Position numbers and translations under genes: made by a program. The notes beneath the pieces are model-generated. The model saw nothing but the letters and a program-made list of their open reading frames with translations, had not been told where the DNA came from and searched no databases. Positions 10,214 through 18,122 of a stretch of 44,161 nt of DNA are shown piece after piece. Position 1 is the first letter of the stretch. Each line of letters begins with the position of its first letter. The DNA comes from Candidatus Omnitrophota bacterium. GTDB lineage: Bacteria; Omnitrophota; Omnitrophia; Omnitrophales; Danuiimicrobiaceae. Location: assembly GCA_023247075.1 (NCBI GenBank), contig JAHFHD010000003.1, positions 1 through 44,161 of the forward strand, written 5' to 3'.

Positions 10214-10948
10214 ATGACTCAAAATAAAACTCAAGTGAATTTAAAAAATCGGATTATCGTGGCACTTGACACGGCTGATTTTACTCAAGCAAAGTCACTC
10301 GTGAAAACACTTAAGCGTGACGTCCCAATTTTTAAAATCGGGAGTGAACTTTTTACCGCTTGTGGACCAAGGGCAATTCAAATGGTGCGCGAGTCAGGTC
10401 GAGAAGTTTTTTTGGATTTGAAGTTTCACGACATTCCAAATACCGTCCACCGCTCAGTCCGTGCCGCGATTCAATATGAAGTCGCAATGCTCACCATCCA
10501 TGTTTCAGGTGGACTGAGGATGATGCAGGAGGCATGTGTGGCGGCCGCTGATGAAGCGCAAAAAAAAAATTTGGAATTGCCCAAGTTGATTGGTGTTACG
10601 CTTCTGACGAGTCTGAGTGAAGAAGATGTGAAAAATGAAATTGGTCTTTCTAAGCCCATTCAAGAGACGGTGCTTCGCTATGCAGGACTTGCCCAGAGGG
10701 CGGGACTTGATGGGATCGTAGCTTCGGCATTTGAAATCAAGCGGATTCGAGAACACTATGGCCCAGACTTTTTAATTGTGACCCCTGGCGTTCGACCCGA
10801 AGGAGCGTCACGTGACGACCAGGAACGCGTACTCACTCCCAAAGAAGCATTTGATCTTGGGGCGAGCTACATTGTGATGGGCCGTCCAATCACACAGGCC
10901 ACGAGTCCCGCGGATGCAATGGCTCGGGTCATCCAAAGTCTCACTTGA
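10214..10948 (+). CDS. pyrF: Orotidine 5'-phosphate decarboxylase
   Basis: 244 aa. Motifs IVALD, FLDLKFHDIPNT and the C-terminal VMGRPI. Confidence 0.95.
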   Translation: MTQNKTQVNLKNRIIVALDTADFTQAKSLVKTLKRDVPIFKIGSELFTACGPRAIQMVRESGREVFLDLKFHDIPNTVHRSVRAAIQYEVAMLTIHVSGGLRMMQEACVAAADEAQKKNLELPKLIGVTLLTSLSEEDVKNEIGLSKPIQETVLRYAGLAQRAGLDGIVASAFEIKRIREHYGPDFLIVTPGVRPEGASRDDQERVLTPKEAFDLGASYIVMGRPITQATSPADAMARVIQSLT

Positions 10949-10968
10949 GTTTAGGCGGGGGTCATTTC

Positions 10969-10996
10969 TTGACAGGCAAATGAGATTTGTTACAAT
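10969..10996 (+). promoter_or_regulatory. Near-consensus sigma70 promoter for yicC-gmk-rpoZ-coaC-coaB
   Basis: TTGACA (10969-10974), 16-nt spacer ending in TGT (extended -10 TGn), TACAAT (10991-10996). Confidence 0.55.
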
Positions 10997-11087
10997 GAAT
11001 CTCAGTTTAAGCAGCCTCGTTTTTCTCCTAAATAATTTAAAATCAATCATTTGTAGATGATGAAATAGGATGGGTGTCAGTAATCAT

Positions 11088-11969
11088 ATGATTCAGAGCA
11101 TGACGGGGTTTGGGCAAGCTTCAGGGAACCACGCTTCTGGGAAATGGGTCGTAGAAATTAGATCATGGAATCACCGTTTTTTTGATTGCTCACTTAGGAC
11201 GCCTGGGTTTCTTTCCGGCCTTGAAGATGAGATTAAGGATTTGATTCACAGAAAAGTGAAGCGCGGAAAAATCGCAGTTTCCATCATTTTAAAATCAAAA
11301 AACGCTTCATCAAACGGAATGGTTTTGAATGAAACTAAAGTGGGAACTTATGTCCGCACGCTCCGAAAAATTCAGAAGCAATACAAGCTTTCAGACGAGC
11401 CAATTCGAATTGAGTCGTTGCTTCAAATCCCCAGTCTTTTTATCGTAGAGGATTCGGAAAAATCAGTTGAAGAAAGCTGGGCATATTTAAAAAAACTGAT
11501 TGTGCTCGCGTGTGAGAAGCTTCTCCTGATGAAAGTCAAAGAAGGAAAATCGCTTGGACTGGAACTGGGCAAAAGAACCCGCTTACTTGCTCAGGAGACC
11601 CAAGAAATCGAACAGGTAAAACAGAAACTTCCGGCGGAGCGGCTCGCGCGCTTTAAGGAGCGGGTTGGCGAGCTGGGCAAAGGCCTTTCTTTTGATGTGC
11701 CAAGACTTGAACAAGAAATTGTGCTTTTTGTTGATCGATCCGATATTACTGAAGAGGTTGTGAGAATCCAGCATCATCTCGGCCAATTTGAAAAGTCACT
11801 TAATGAAACTGGCGAGGTCGGAAAAAAACTTGATTTTATTGCGCAGGAACTGGGCAGAGAAGTTAACACCATCGCTTCAAAGTCTCAGAGTTCTGAAATC
11901 TCAAGTGTGGTGGTGCGCATGAAAGCAGAGCTTGATAAAATTCGCGAGCAAGTCCAAAACGTCGAGTGA
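11088..11969 (+). CDS. yicC: YicC-family stress-induced protein (putative endoribonuclease)
   Basis: N-terminus MIQSMTGFG. C-terminal motifs DITEEVVRIQHH and GKKLDFIAQELGREVNTIASKS. The ORF track starts at 11070; ATG 11088 matches the family N-terminus. Confidence 0.9.
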   Translation: MIQSMTGFGQASGNHASGKWVVEIRSWNHRFFDCSLRTPGFLSGLEDEIKDLIHRKVKRGKIAVSIILKSKNASSNGMVLNETKVGTYVRTLRKIQKQYKLSDEPIRIESLLQIPSLFIVEDSEKSVEESWAYLKKLIVLACEKLLLMKVKEGKSLGLELGKRTRLLAQETQEIEQVKQKLPAERLARFKERVGELGKGLSFDVPRLEQEIVLFVDRSDITEEVVRIQHHLGQFEKSLNETGEVGKKLDFIAQELGREVNTIASKSQSSEISSVVVRMKAELDKIREQVQNVE

Positions 11970-11985
11970 GCCGACGGGAAATCCA

Positions 11986-12561
11986 ATGCCACCAGTTGTC
12001 GGGAAGTTCATCGTGATTTCAGCGCCTTCCGGAGCAGGGAAAACTACGATTGTAAAGAAACTTCTTACACGGCACAAAGGTTGGGTCCGTTCGATTTCAT
12101 ACACGACGCGTTCTCCGCGCAAAGGTGAAGAAAACGGTCGGGACTATTTTTTTGTGACGGCCAAAGAGTTCGAAGAAAAAAAACGCGCTGGTTTTTTTCT
12201 TGAATCTGCAAATGTGTTCGGTGCTTTTTATGGAACTTCAAAAGAATTTGTGTTGAATCATGTCACGCACGGGCGGTGTGTTCTTCTGGCAATTGATGTG
12301 CAGGGCATGAAGCAAATCCGTGAAAAACTTGAAGAGGAAGTACCCACCCTCTCATTTTTTATTATGCCGCCTTCTTTAGACGAACTGAGAGCCCGTCTTG
12401 AAAAGCGCAACACTGAAAATCAAACTGAGGTGGAAGTGCGCTTGAAAGTAGCGCGCAAAGAAATTGCACAAAAAGATTTTTATGATTTTGAAGTGGTGAA
12501 CCAAGAAGTAGACTTAGCAGTTAAACAAATAGAGGAGATGATTCATGACCATTCCAATTGA
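11986..12561 (+). CDS. gmk: Guanylate kinase
   Basis: P-loop SAPSGAGKTT and YTTRSPRKGEENGRDYFFV. The ORF track start at 11932 overlaps yicC; ATG 11986 is preferred. Confidence 0.93.
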   Translation: MPPVVGKFIVISAPSGAGKTTIVKKLLTRHKGWVRSISYTTRSPRKGEENGRDYFFVTAKEFEEKKRAGFFLESANVFGAFYGTSKEFVLNHVTHGRCVLLAIDVQGMKQIREKLEEEVPTLSFFIMPPSLDELRARLEKRNTENQTEVEVRLKVARKEIAQKDFYDFEVVNQEVDLAVKQIEEMIHDHSN

Positions 12562-12766
12562 AAAATTAATTAAAGAAATCAGCAGTTATTACCGGCTTGT
12601 TTTAATCGCCTCCCAACGCGCCAATGAATTAATTAGCGGAGCTCAGCCGCTTGTCATGCCGGTGTCAAAAAAGGCGACCATCAATGCGCTTCAAGAAATT
12701 GCAAGAGGTAAAATCCATGTTGGAGCCAAGATTGAAAAAGCAGACAAGTCCAAAGCCTCCGGCTAA
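12545..12766 (+). CDS. rpoZ: DNA-directed RNA polymerase subunit omega
   Basis: 73 aa. Core YRLVLIASQRANEL. Conserved gmk-rpoZ synteny. Confidence 0.88.
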   Translation: MTIPIEKLIKEISSYYRLVLIASQRANELISGAQPLVMPVSKKATINALQEIARGKIHVGAKIEKADKSKASG

Positions 12767-13331
12767 TCCCACTGCTTTTAGCGAGAAGACAATTCTGCTC
12801 TGTATTTCAGGGAGCATTGCCGCATACCGCGCTTGTGAATTGGTACGAGAGCTTCGAAAAAGAGGGGCGCGGGTTTTCTGCCTCATGACAGAGTCTGCAA
12901 AAAAATTTGTGACTCCAATAACTTTTCGCGCGCTCAGCGGAAATCCAGTTTACTCAGACCCATTTTCGGAGACAGAAGATTGGAACATCATTCACACGGA
13001 TTTGGCTGACCGGGCTGATTTGATTTTAATTGCTCCTGCAACAGCTGACCTGATTGCACGCCTTGCATGTGGCTTTGCCGATGACCTTGTTACTTCCGTC
13101 GTGCTCGCATCACGGAGAAGAATCCTCGTGGTGCCCGCAATGAATGACCGCATGTACACACATCCAGCGACACAGGTAAATCTTGGAAAACTTCTTGAGA
13201 TGAATTATGAAGTCATGAAACCCATCGAAGGTGATTTAGTTTGCGGAAGGACAGCCATTGGTCACATTCCAAGTCTTGATGCAATCTTGTCTCGCGCTGA
13301 ATTAATGTTTTCTCGCCCAAATAGTATTTAA
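12717..13331 (+). CDS. coaC: Phosphopantothenoylcysteine decarboxylase (flavoprotein domain only, stand-alone CoaC)
   Basis: Motifs ILLCISGSIAAYRA, PAMNDRMYTHPATQ and LVCGRTAIGH. ATG 12717 has an AGAGGT RBS. The ORF track start 12651 lies deep inside rpoZ. Confidence 0.88.
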   Translation: MLEPRLKKQTSPKPPANPTAFSEKTILLCISGSIAAYRACELVRELRKRGARVFCLMTESAKKFVTPITFRALSGNPVYSDPFSETEDWNIIHTDLADRADLILIAPATADLIARLACGFADDLVTSVVLASRRRILVVPAMNDRMYTHPATQVNLGKLLEMNYEVMKPIEGDLVCGRTAIGHIPSLDAILSRAELMFSRPNSI

Positions 13332-13336
13332 TCCTC

Positions 13337-13996
13337 GTGCTTAAAAAACTCCGCGTTACTGTAACTGCCGGGCCGACACGAGAAATGTTAGATCCGGTTC
13401 GGTTTCTTTCTAATGTTTCGACGGGTCAAATGGGTTATGAGCTCGCGCGGGAAGCAAAACAATTGGGCTTCCAAGTGTCACTTGTGAGCGGGCCAACGCA
13501 TCTTGATCCACCGCAAAATGTTTTTCTCATTCGCGTGGTGACAGCCCACGAAATGAAGCAGGCAATCAAAAAATTGTGGCCTAAGACCGATGTTTTGATT
13601 ATGACAGCCGCTGTTTGTGATTACACGCCCGTTCATTTCTCACCTAGAAAAATCAAACGCATCAAACAAAAAAGCATCCAGTTCAAACGAACTGAAGACA
13701 TCCTCTCATTTTTTGGAAAAAGAAAAGGGAAGCGTTTGCTGGTCGGCTTTGCGCTTGAGACGGACCATTTTTTGGAATATGCGGTGCAAAAGTTAAAGGC
13801 AAAAAATCTCGACCTAATTGTTCTGAACTGGTACAACCAAACACACAATCCTTTTGGGCAAAACAAGGCCTCTATGATTTTAATTGACCGGAATGGGAAG
13901 AGGAGTACTCTGCGTCGGATGAGTAAACAAAATGCTGCGCACGAAATACTTGCGGAAACAATTACCCTTTTGGAATCTAGTACCTTGTCACATTAA
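13337..13996 (+). CDS. coaB: Phosphopantothenate--cysteine ligase (stand-alone CoaB)
   Basis: 219 aa. Motif VTAGPTREMLDPVRFLSNVSTGQMG. GTG start lies 5 nt after the coaC stop and in a different frame. Confidence 0.88.
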   Translation: MLKKLRVTVTAGPTREMLDPVRFLSNVSTGQMGYELAREAKQLGFQVSLVSGPTHLDPPQNVFLIRVVTAHEMKQAIKKLWPKTDVLIMTAAVCDYTPVHFSPRKIKRIKQKSIQFKRTEDILSFFGKRKGKRLLVGFALETDHFLEYAVQKLKAKNLDLIVLNWYNQTHNPFGQNKASMILIDRNGKRSTLRRMSKQNAAHEILAETITLLESSTLSH

Positions 13997-14212
13997 TCAT
14001 TGCAAGTTCGTTTTTTAAAGGAACAAGGTACAGTACTCTGTTCCATAGACAATAATTAATGTTACAGAGTGCTAGAGCAACTTAGTTGCTGAATTTCACA
14101 GCTCATTTGAAACACGAAAACTATTGAAATGGTTTGTGGTTTATTGGTATGCTTAGCAAGTTCGCGCTCTCACTAAAAAATATAAAATTAACTGTGTACC
14201 AGGAGGAGAAAT

Positions 14213-14680
14213 ATGAAACGATTAACAGGAACATTGCTCATTGTGGCAGTTGGTTTTATTGGTTGTTCGACTGAAGGTGGTGGAGGGCTTTCAGAGCGAG
14301 AAACAAGTGCTCTTTTAGGAAGTGGTTTGGGCGCTGGACTCGGAGCTATTATTGGTCATCAGACTGGTCATGCTGGCGCTGGAACAGCCATTGGAGCTGG
14401 AACAGGTGCTCTCGCTGGTGCTTTGGCTGGAGAAGGTTTGAGACGTACCAAAGAGAATGCGAAGCAAGAAATCCGTCAAGAGATGATGCAGCAGCAATAT
14501 CAGGCTGGAGCGGCTCCTCAATATGGAGCAAGTCCTCAATATGCACAGCCTCAAGTATATCAGCAGGCAGCTCCTCAGCAGGAAGTACATACCAAATACA
14601 ATCCCCGGACGGGTCAGACTTTTCCGGAGCGTTATCAATTTGATCCGACAACTGGTGAACAACTGAAGTACATTCGTTAA
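14213..14680 (+). CDS. Lipoprotein with glycine-zipper domain and Gln/Pro-rich tail
   Basis: AGGAGG RBS. Signal peptide plus lipobox FIGC. Glycine zipper GSGLGAGLGAIIGHQTGHAGAGTAIGAGTGALAGALAG. Confidence 0.75.
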   Translation: MKRLTGTLLIVAVGFIGCSTEGGGGLSERETSALLGSGLGAGLGAIIGHQTGHAGAGTAIGAGTGALAGALAGEGLRRTKENAKQEIRQEMMQQQYQAGAAPQYGASPQYAQPQVYQQAAPQQEVHTKYNPRTGQTFPERYQFDPTTGEQLKYIR

Positions 14681-14703
14681 GCCCCAAGTTTTTAATTTCT
14701 CAA

Positions 14704-14746
14704 GGGCCAGGTGAAATGGTAAAATTCCTGGCCCTTTTCTTTTTCT
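14704..14746 (+). terminator. Rho-independent terminator
   Basis: GGGCCAGG (14704-14711) pairs with CCTGGCCC (14727-14734), followed by TTTTCTTTTTC. Confidence 0.75.
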
Positions 14747-14921
14747 GTCTAACTGATTTTATTAAATAAAATTAAATTGGAAATCGGTACAGTGCCAACT
14801 TCTAATAAATAATTTGGTGAAAGTTGGCGCGGCACTGATTTCATTAATAAACGTAAATTAGAAATTAGTGCAGTGCCAGCATCTCATAGATGATTGCTTG
14901 TTTTTATTTTTAATGAAAGTT

Positions 14922-14993
14922 GGCGCGGTAGCAAAGTGGTAATGCACGGGTCTGCAAAACCTGAATGCGGCGGTTCAATTCCGCCCCGCGCCT
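14922..14993 (+). tRNA. tRNA-Cys (GCA)
   Basis: Cloverleaf read by hand: acceptor GGCGCGG/CCGCGCC, anticodon loop CUGCAAA, T arm GGCGG-TTCAATT-CCGCC. No encoded CCA. Confidence 0.93.
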
Positions 14994-15030
14994 CGAAATT
15001 TATAGTAGTATTTTAGTTTTTAATTTTTTC

Positions 15031-15117
15031 GCCGGGATGGCGGAATGGCAGACGCATGGGACTTAAAATCCCAAGGGCTTTTAAAAGCCCGTGCCGGTTC
15101 AAGTCCGGCTCTCGGCA
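15031..15117 (+). tRNA. tRNA-Leu (UAA), class II with long variable arm
   Basis: Acceptor GCCGGGA/TCTCGGC, anticodon stem TGGGA/TCCCA with loop CUUAAAA, variable arm GGGCTTTTAAAAGCCC, T arm GCCGG-TTCAAGT-CCGGC. Confidence 0.93.
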
Positions 15118-15370
15118 GCTTGATTAGGAGAATTGTCTATACTCAATTAAAGTCACAAATTGTGATTTTAAATAATTGCATTTAACACCTTATTAAGTAG
15201 TGCCGATTAGGTAAAGAAACTCATGCTTTGTAAGCTCAAGAGGTATAGTTAAACTAAACAATTCTATTCTGAATAGATACCTCCGCATGTTGTCCCTCAT
15301 CGTTCTTGCTATAAACCTCATTTTCACCGTATGCTTCCTAGAAAATTGCTGTGAAAGGAACAAACTTAAA

Positions 15371-15643
15371 ATGCACAATGAAACTAAAGAATTAATTGAG
15401 AATTACGGGCTGCTTGATTTTATTGAAATGAATGTGTCTAGCGGTGTCACGCAAGTATTAACGCGTGTTCAGAAAGGATTAAAAGTAACCCAAAAGACAT
15501 CGAGGCCAGTTTTACTCAAAGCCATTGCTTGCGGTGAACAGGTGATGTTGATTAAGCCGCATCGGATGAAAAAATTGAACCGCCTTTTATTCATCAATGC
15601 CCGCGATGGTTCTTTCAAAGAAGCTGTGATTCAGCACGCCTGA
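15371..15643 (+). CDS. Hypothetical small protein (orphan)
   Basis: Only an open frame in an AT-rich gap after the tRNAs. The internal ATG at 15371 (MHNETKE...) is preferred over the track start at 15287. No recognisable motifs. Confidence 0.3.
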   Translation: MHNETKELIENYGLLDFIEMNVSSGVTQVLTRVQKGLKVTQKTSRPVLLKAIACGEQVMLIKPHRMKKLNRLLFINARDGSFKEAVIQHA

Positions 15644-15843
15644 TTCAAATTTATTTTCACAAATTGATTTCCACCTTGTCAAAATAATCGTCTTATGTTA
15701 CGTTACTGACTGCCAAGAAGTTAATATGGTTTCTCAAGATGTGTGAGGCTATTGTCGTAAAATTAGAGGTCGCATTCGTAATCAATTAAGAATTTGAAAG
15801 AGCCTCATATGATTTGTTTGAATAACCTGAAGGAGGAAATGAA

Positions 15844-16158
15844 ATGCCGTACGTGATTACGGAGAAGTGTTTAGGGGAACAGTATGCATCTTGTGTTGCA
15901 GTATGTCCGGTTGACTGTATTCACCCCGGTGATTATAAAAATGAAAAGTTCATGATTATTGATCCTGAAACATGCATTGACTGTGGACAATGCCTTCCCG
16001 AATGCCCAATTAATGCGATTGTTGCTTCAACGGATGAGGCTCCGGCTTATGCAAAAATTAATGCTGAATTAACCCCTGGCTTTAAAGAACACCCAAAGGT
16101 TGCGGAGAGACCCAAGAACGATCCGCCCAAGAAACCAGGCAATAAGCTTGTTCAGTAA
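15844..16158 (+). CDS. Ferredoxin, two-cluster (7Fe/FdxA-like) type
   Basis: AGGAGG RBS 7 nt upstream. Cluster motifs C-x7-C-x3-CP (CLGEQYASCVAVCPVDC) and CIDCGQCLPECP. Confidence 0.9.
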   Translation: MPYVITEKCLGEQYASCVAVCPVDCIHPGDYKNEKFMIIDPETCIDCGQCLPECPINAIVASTDEAPAYAKINAELTPGFKEHPKVAERPKNDPPKKPGNKLVQ

Positions 16159-16218
16159 TTAAGCAAAAATTCTGGCCGCTTAAAGTATTAAGTGAAGTCC
16201 TATTTTTAAGGAGCATAC

Positions 16219-17625
16219 TTGCTCGTTATGAAAAAAAGTGGTCTGCTGATTTTGATTCTTTTCGCTTCACTAAGCTTGCTCACTCCCCAAACTCTTTTTG
16301 CTGTTGGTTCAGCCGGTATTGAGAATGCTTCTTTTAGTGGCCGTCAAATAGCGCAATCGGGTGCTGGAACGGCGCAAGCGGATGAGCCAGCTGCTATTTC
16401 TTACAATCCCGCCGGCATCACCCAGCTTGATGGTCTTCAAATTGAGCCCACGATGCATTTTATTGACATCTTCACTTTTTTTGAAAGTGATGAGCCCCTA
16501 AGCGGTGGTAAGGGAAGCAACACGCGAAGCTCCGGCACTGTTCTTCCAGTTCCCACAGGGTACATTACTTTTAAACCAAAAAATTGGTTTGACAACCGAA
16601 TTACTTTTGGCGTCGGCTCTGACTCACCATTTGGATTCTCCAACAAATTTAATTCAACCCATCCAATTGCTCAGCTTTCTGGATTTAAGAATTGGTTTAA
16701 AATGTACACAGTAAAACCAACTGTTGCAGTAAAACTAGCCGATTGGCTTTCGATTGGCGGTGGCCCAATGTATTACCGAATTTATGATTGGGGCGGTATT
16801 CAAGCTTACCCGAATATACTTTCGGCTGGAGCACCATTTGGTACCCTCAAGACAGATTTAGGACAAGTTCGCCTTAACTTGAGCGGAAATCACTGGGGCT
16901 GGCATTTCGGTGTGCTTGCAACACCGCATAAGCAGCATCAATTTGGTTTTTATTTTAGAAGCCCAGTTGTTGTCAAGACAAGTGGCATTATTAAAGTAAC
17001 TAATTCAAGCAGAGGATATTTTGAAACAGGTGGAAATGCAAAGTGGAGTTTGCCTATGAATTTGACGTGGGCATACGCATTTAAGCCGACTGAACGCGCT
17101 ACAATCGAATTTGATTTTGGGTATACTCGCTGGTCATCATTTGAGCGATTATTTATTAATGCTGATCCAGTAAGTCCAGCTGAAGACAATATTCTTAGTC
17201 TTATTGGAAAGAATAATAAAGATTGGAAGGACAGTTACAATTTGCAATTAGGTGGTAATTACAAGCTTACGAATCGCCTGACAATTCGCGGCGGCGGGTA
17301 TTTCTACACAAATTCAGTACCAGAGGTTTCCTTTATTTCTGCAGTACCCGATGGCAATCGGCTTGCTTATTCTCTGGGTGCGAGTTATGAAGTGAACAAA
17401 AACTTTGGGGTGGATGCAGCTTACCTCAACGTGTGGAATCTAAGGCGGACGGTCAATAATAATATTGGCAATGGCCTTGGTGTTTCTCAGGATGGTGATT
17501 ATGTCACCTACACTCAGGAAGCGACTGTTAGTTGCCGTTTTGCTTTTGATGACCCAATTGCAGATTTAGTGTCGACTACTTCCAATCCTTCTCCTGTTTC
17601 TCAAGAATTACCTCTTACGCTTTAG
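16219..17625 (+). CDS. Outer-membrane hydrophobic-compound channel, FadL/OmpP1/TodX family
   Basis: Signal peptide MKKSGLLILILFASLSLL...FA. N-terminal hatch motif SGAGTAQADEPAAISYNPAGI. Alternating beta-strand pattern through the rest of the protein. The start may be ATG 16228. Confidence 0.82.
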   Translation: MLVMKKSGLLILILFASLSLLTPQTLFAVGSAGIENASFSGRQIAQSGAGTAQADEPAAISYNPAGITQLDGLQIEPTMHFIDIFTFFESDEPLSGGKGSNTRSSGTVLPVPTGYITFKPKNWFDNRITFGVGSDSPFGFSNKFNSTHPIAQLSGFKNWFKMYTVKPTVAVKLADWLSIGGGPMYYRIYDWGGIQAYPNILSAGAPFGTLKTDLGQVRLNLSGNHWGWHFGVLATPHKQHQFGFYFRSPVVVKTSGIIKVTNSSRGYFETGGNAKWSLPMNLTWAYAFKPTERATIEFDFGYTRWSSFERLFINADPVSPAEDNILSLIGKNNKDWKDSYNLQLGGNYKLTNRLTIRGGGYFYTNSVPEVSFISAVPDGNRLAYSLGASYEVNKNFGVDAAYLNVWNLRRTVNNNIGNGLGVSQDGDYVTYTQEATVSCRFAFDDPIADLVSTTSNPSPVSQELPLTL

Positions 17626-17659
17626 TTTTAGCTCGTTTCACCTCAAATTCTCCTATTAA

Positions 17660-17736
17660 CTCGAGTTCTGCATATTTTCCCCTCGCCCCCTATGGGGGAG
17701 AGGGGAGTTAAATTCTGAAAAAGTGCAGAACTCAAC
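17660..17736. repeat. MITE-like repeat (CTCGAGTTCTGCA ... TGCAGAACTCAAC) with CCCCTCGCCCCC/GGGGGAGAGGGG hairpin
   Basis: Same outer ends and G/C palindrome type as 10023-10177 and 32489-32536. Confidence 0.85.
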
Positions 17737-17918
17737 TCATTAAAATTAAGATTATTGCAACTCGACCGCTTCCTTACCTTTCCAGATTCAATATGGTATT
17801 CTTCTTTAAAGAGTAAATTTCCGATTGTCAGCAAGGGTTGGCATCAGTACAATAATGCAACTTAAAATGCACTAATTGCGTTAACTGCGCTTATTAATTA
17901 CCAGGTTGAATTTTATTA

Positions 17919-18121
17919 TGACGAAACTTATTACTGCTAAAGAACTAAGTAAATTTCTTCGAGTCCCTAAGCGGACGGTTTACAAATTTGCTCAAGAAGG
18001 AACCATTCCAGGAACTATTCGAATTGGAAAGCATTGGCGGTTTAGAGAAGACATCATTCACCGTTGGATGGAAGAATCAAGCCAACCGCTGCATCCAACC
18101 AAAAACGGCGTTGAGGAATAA
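17919..18121 (+). CDS. Small excisionase/MerR-type helix-turn-helix DNA-binding protein
   Basis: LITAKELSKFLRVPKRTVYKFAQEGTIPGTIRIGKHWRFREDIIHRWM matches the HTH_17/excisionase-family pattern. Its stop lies 1 nt before the next ATG. Confidence 0.8.
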
Positions 18122-18122
18122 C

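Noticed and set aside
14315-14687. Two minus-strand ORFs antisense to the glycine-zipper lipoprotein gene
   Set aside because: The low-complexity GGN/GCN-rich coding sequence keeps the opposite strand open. The plus-strand gene has an RBS, a lipobox and a terminator.
14922-15843. tRNA-linked genomic island or prophage remnant
   Set aside because: No integrase, no repeat of a tRNA 3' end and no phage-like genes. There is only an AT-rich gap with one orphan ORF.
17919-18121. Excisionase-family HTH as a marker of an integrated mobile element
   Set aside because: No integrase, recombinase or att-like repeats are nearby. The gene is tightly coupled to a metabolic-type fusion gene, so a local regulator is the more likely role.
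17988-18122. Upstream extension of the SRPBCC::AAR-like ORF (track start 17988)
   Set aside because: The extension overlaps the well-formed HTH gene in another frame. ATG 18123 follows the HTH stop directly and begins the SRPBCC domain.
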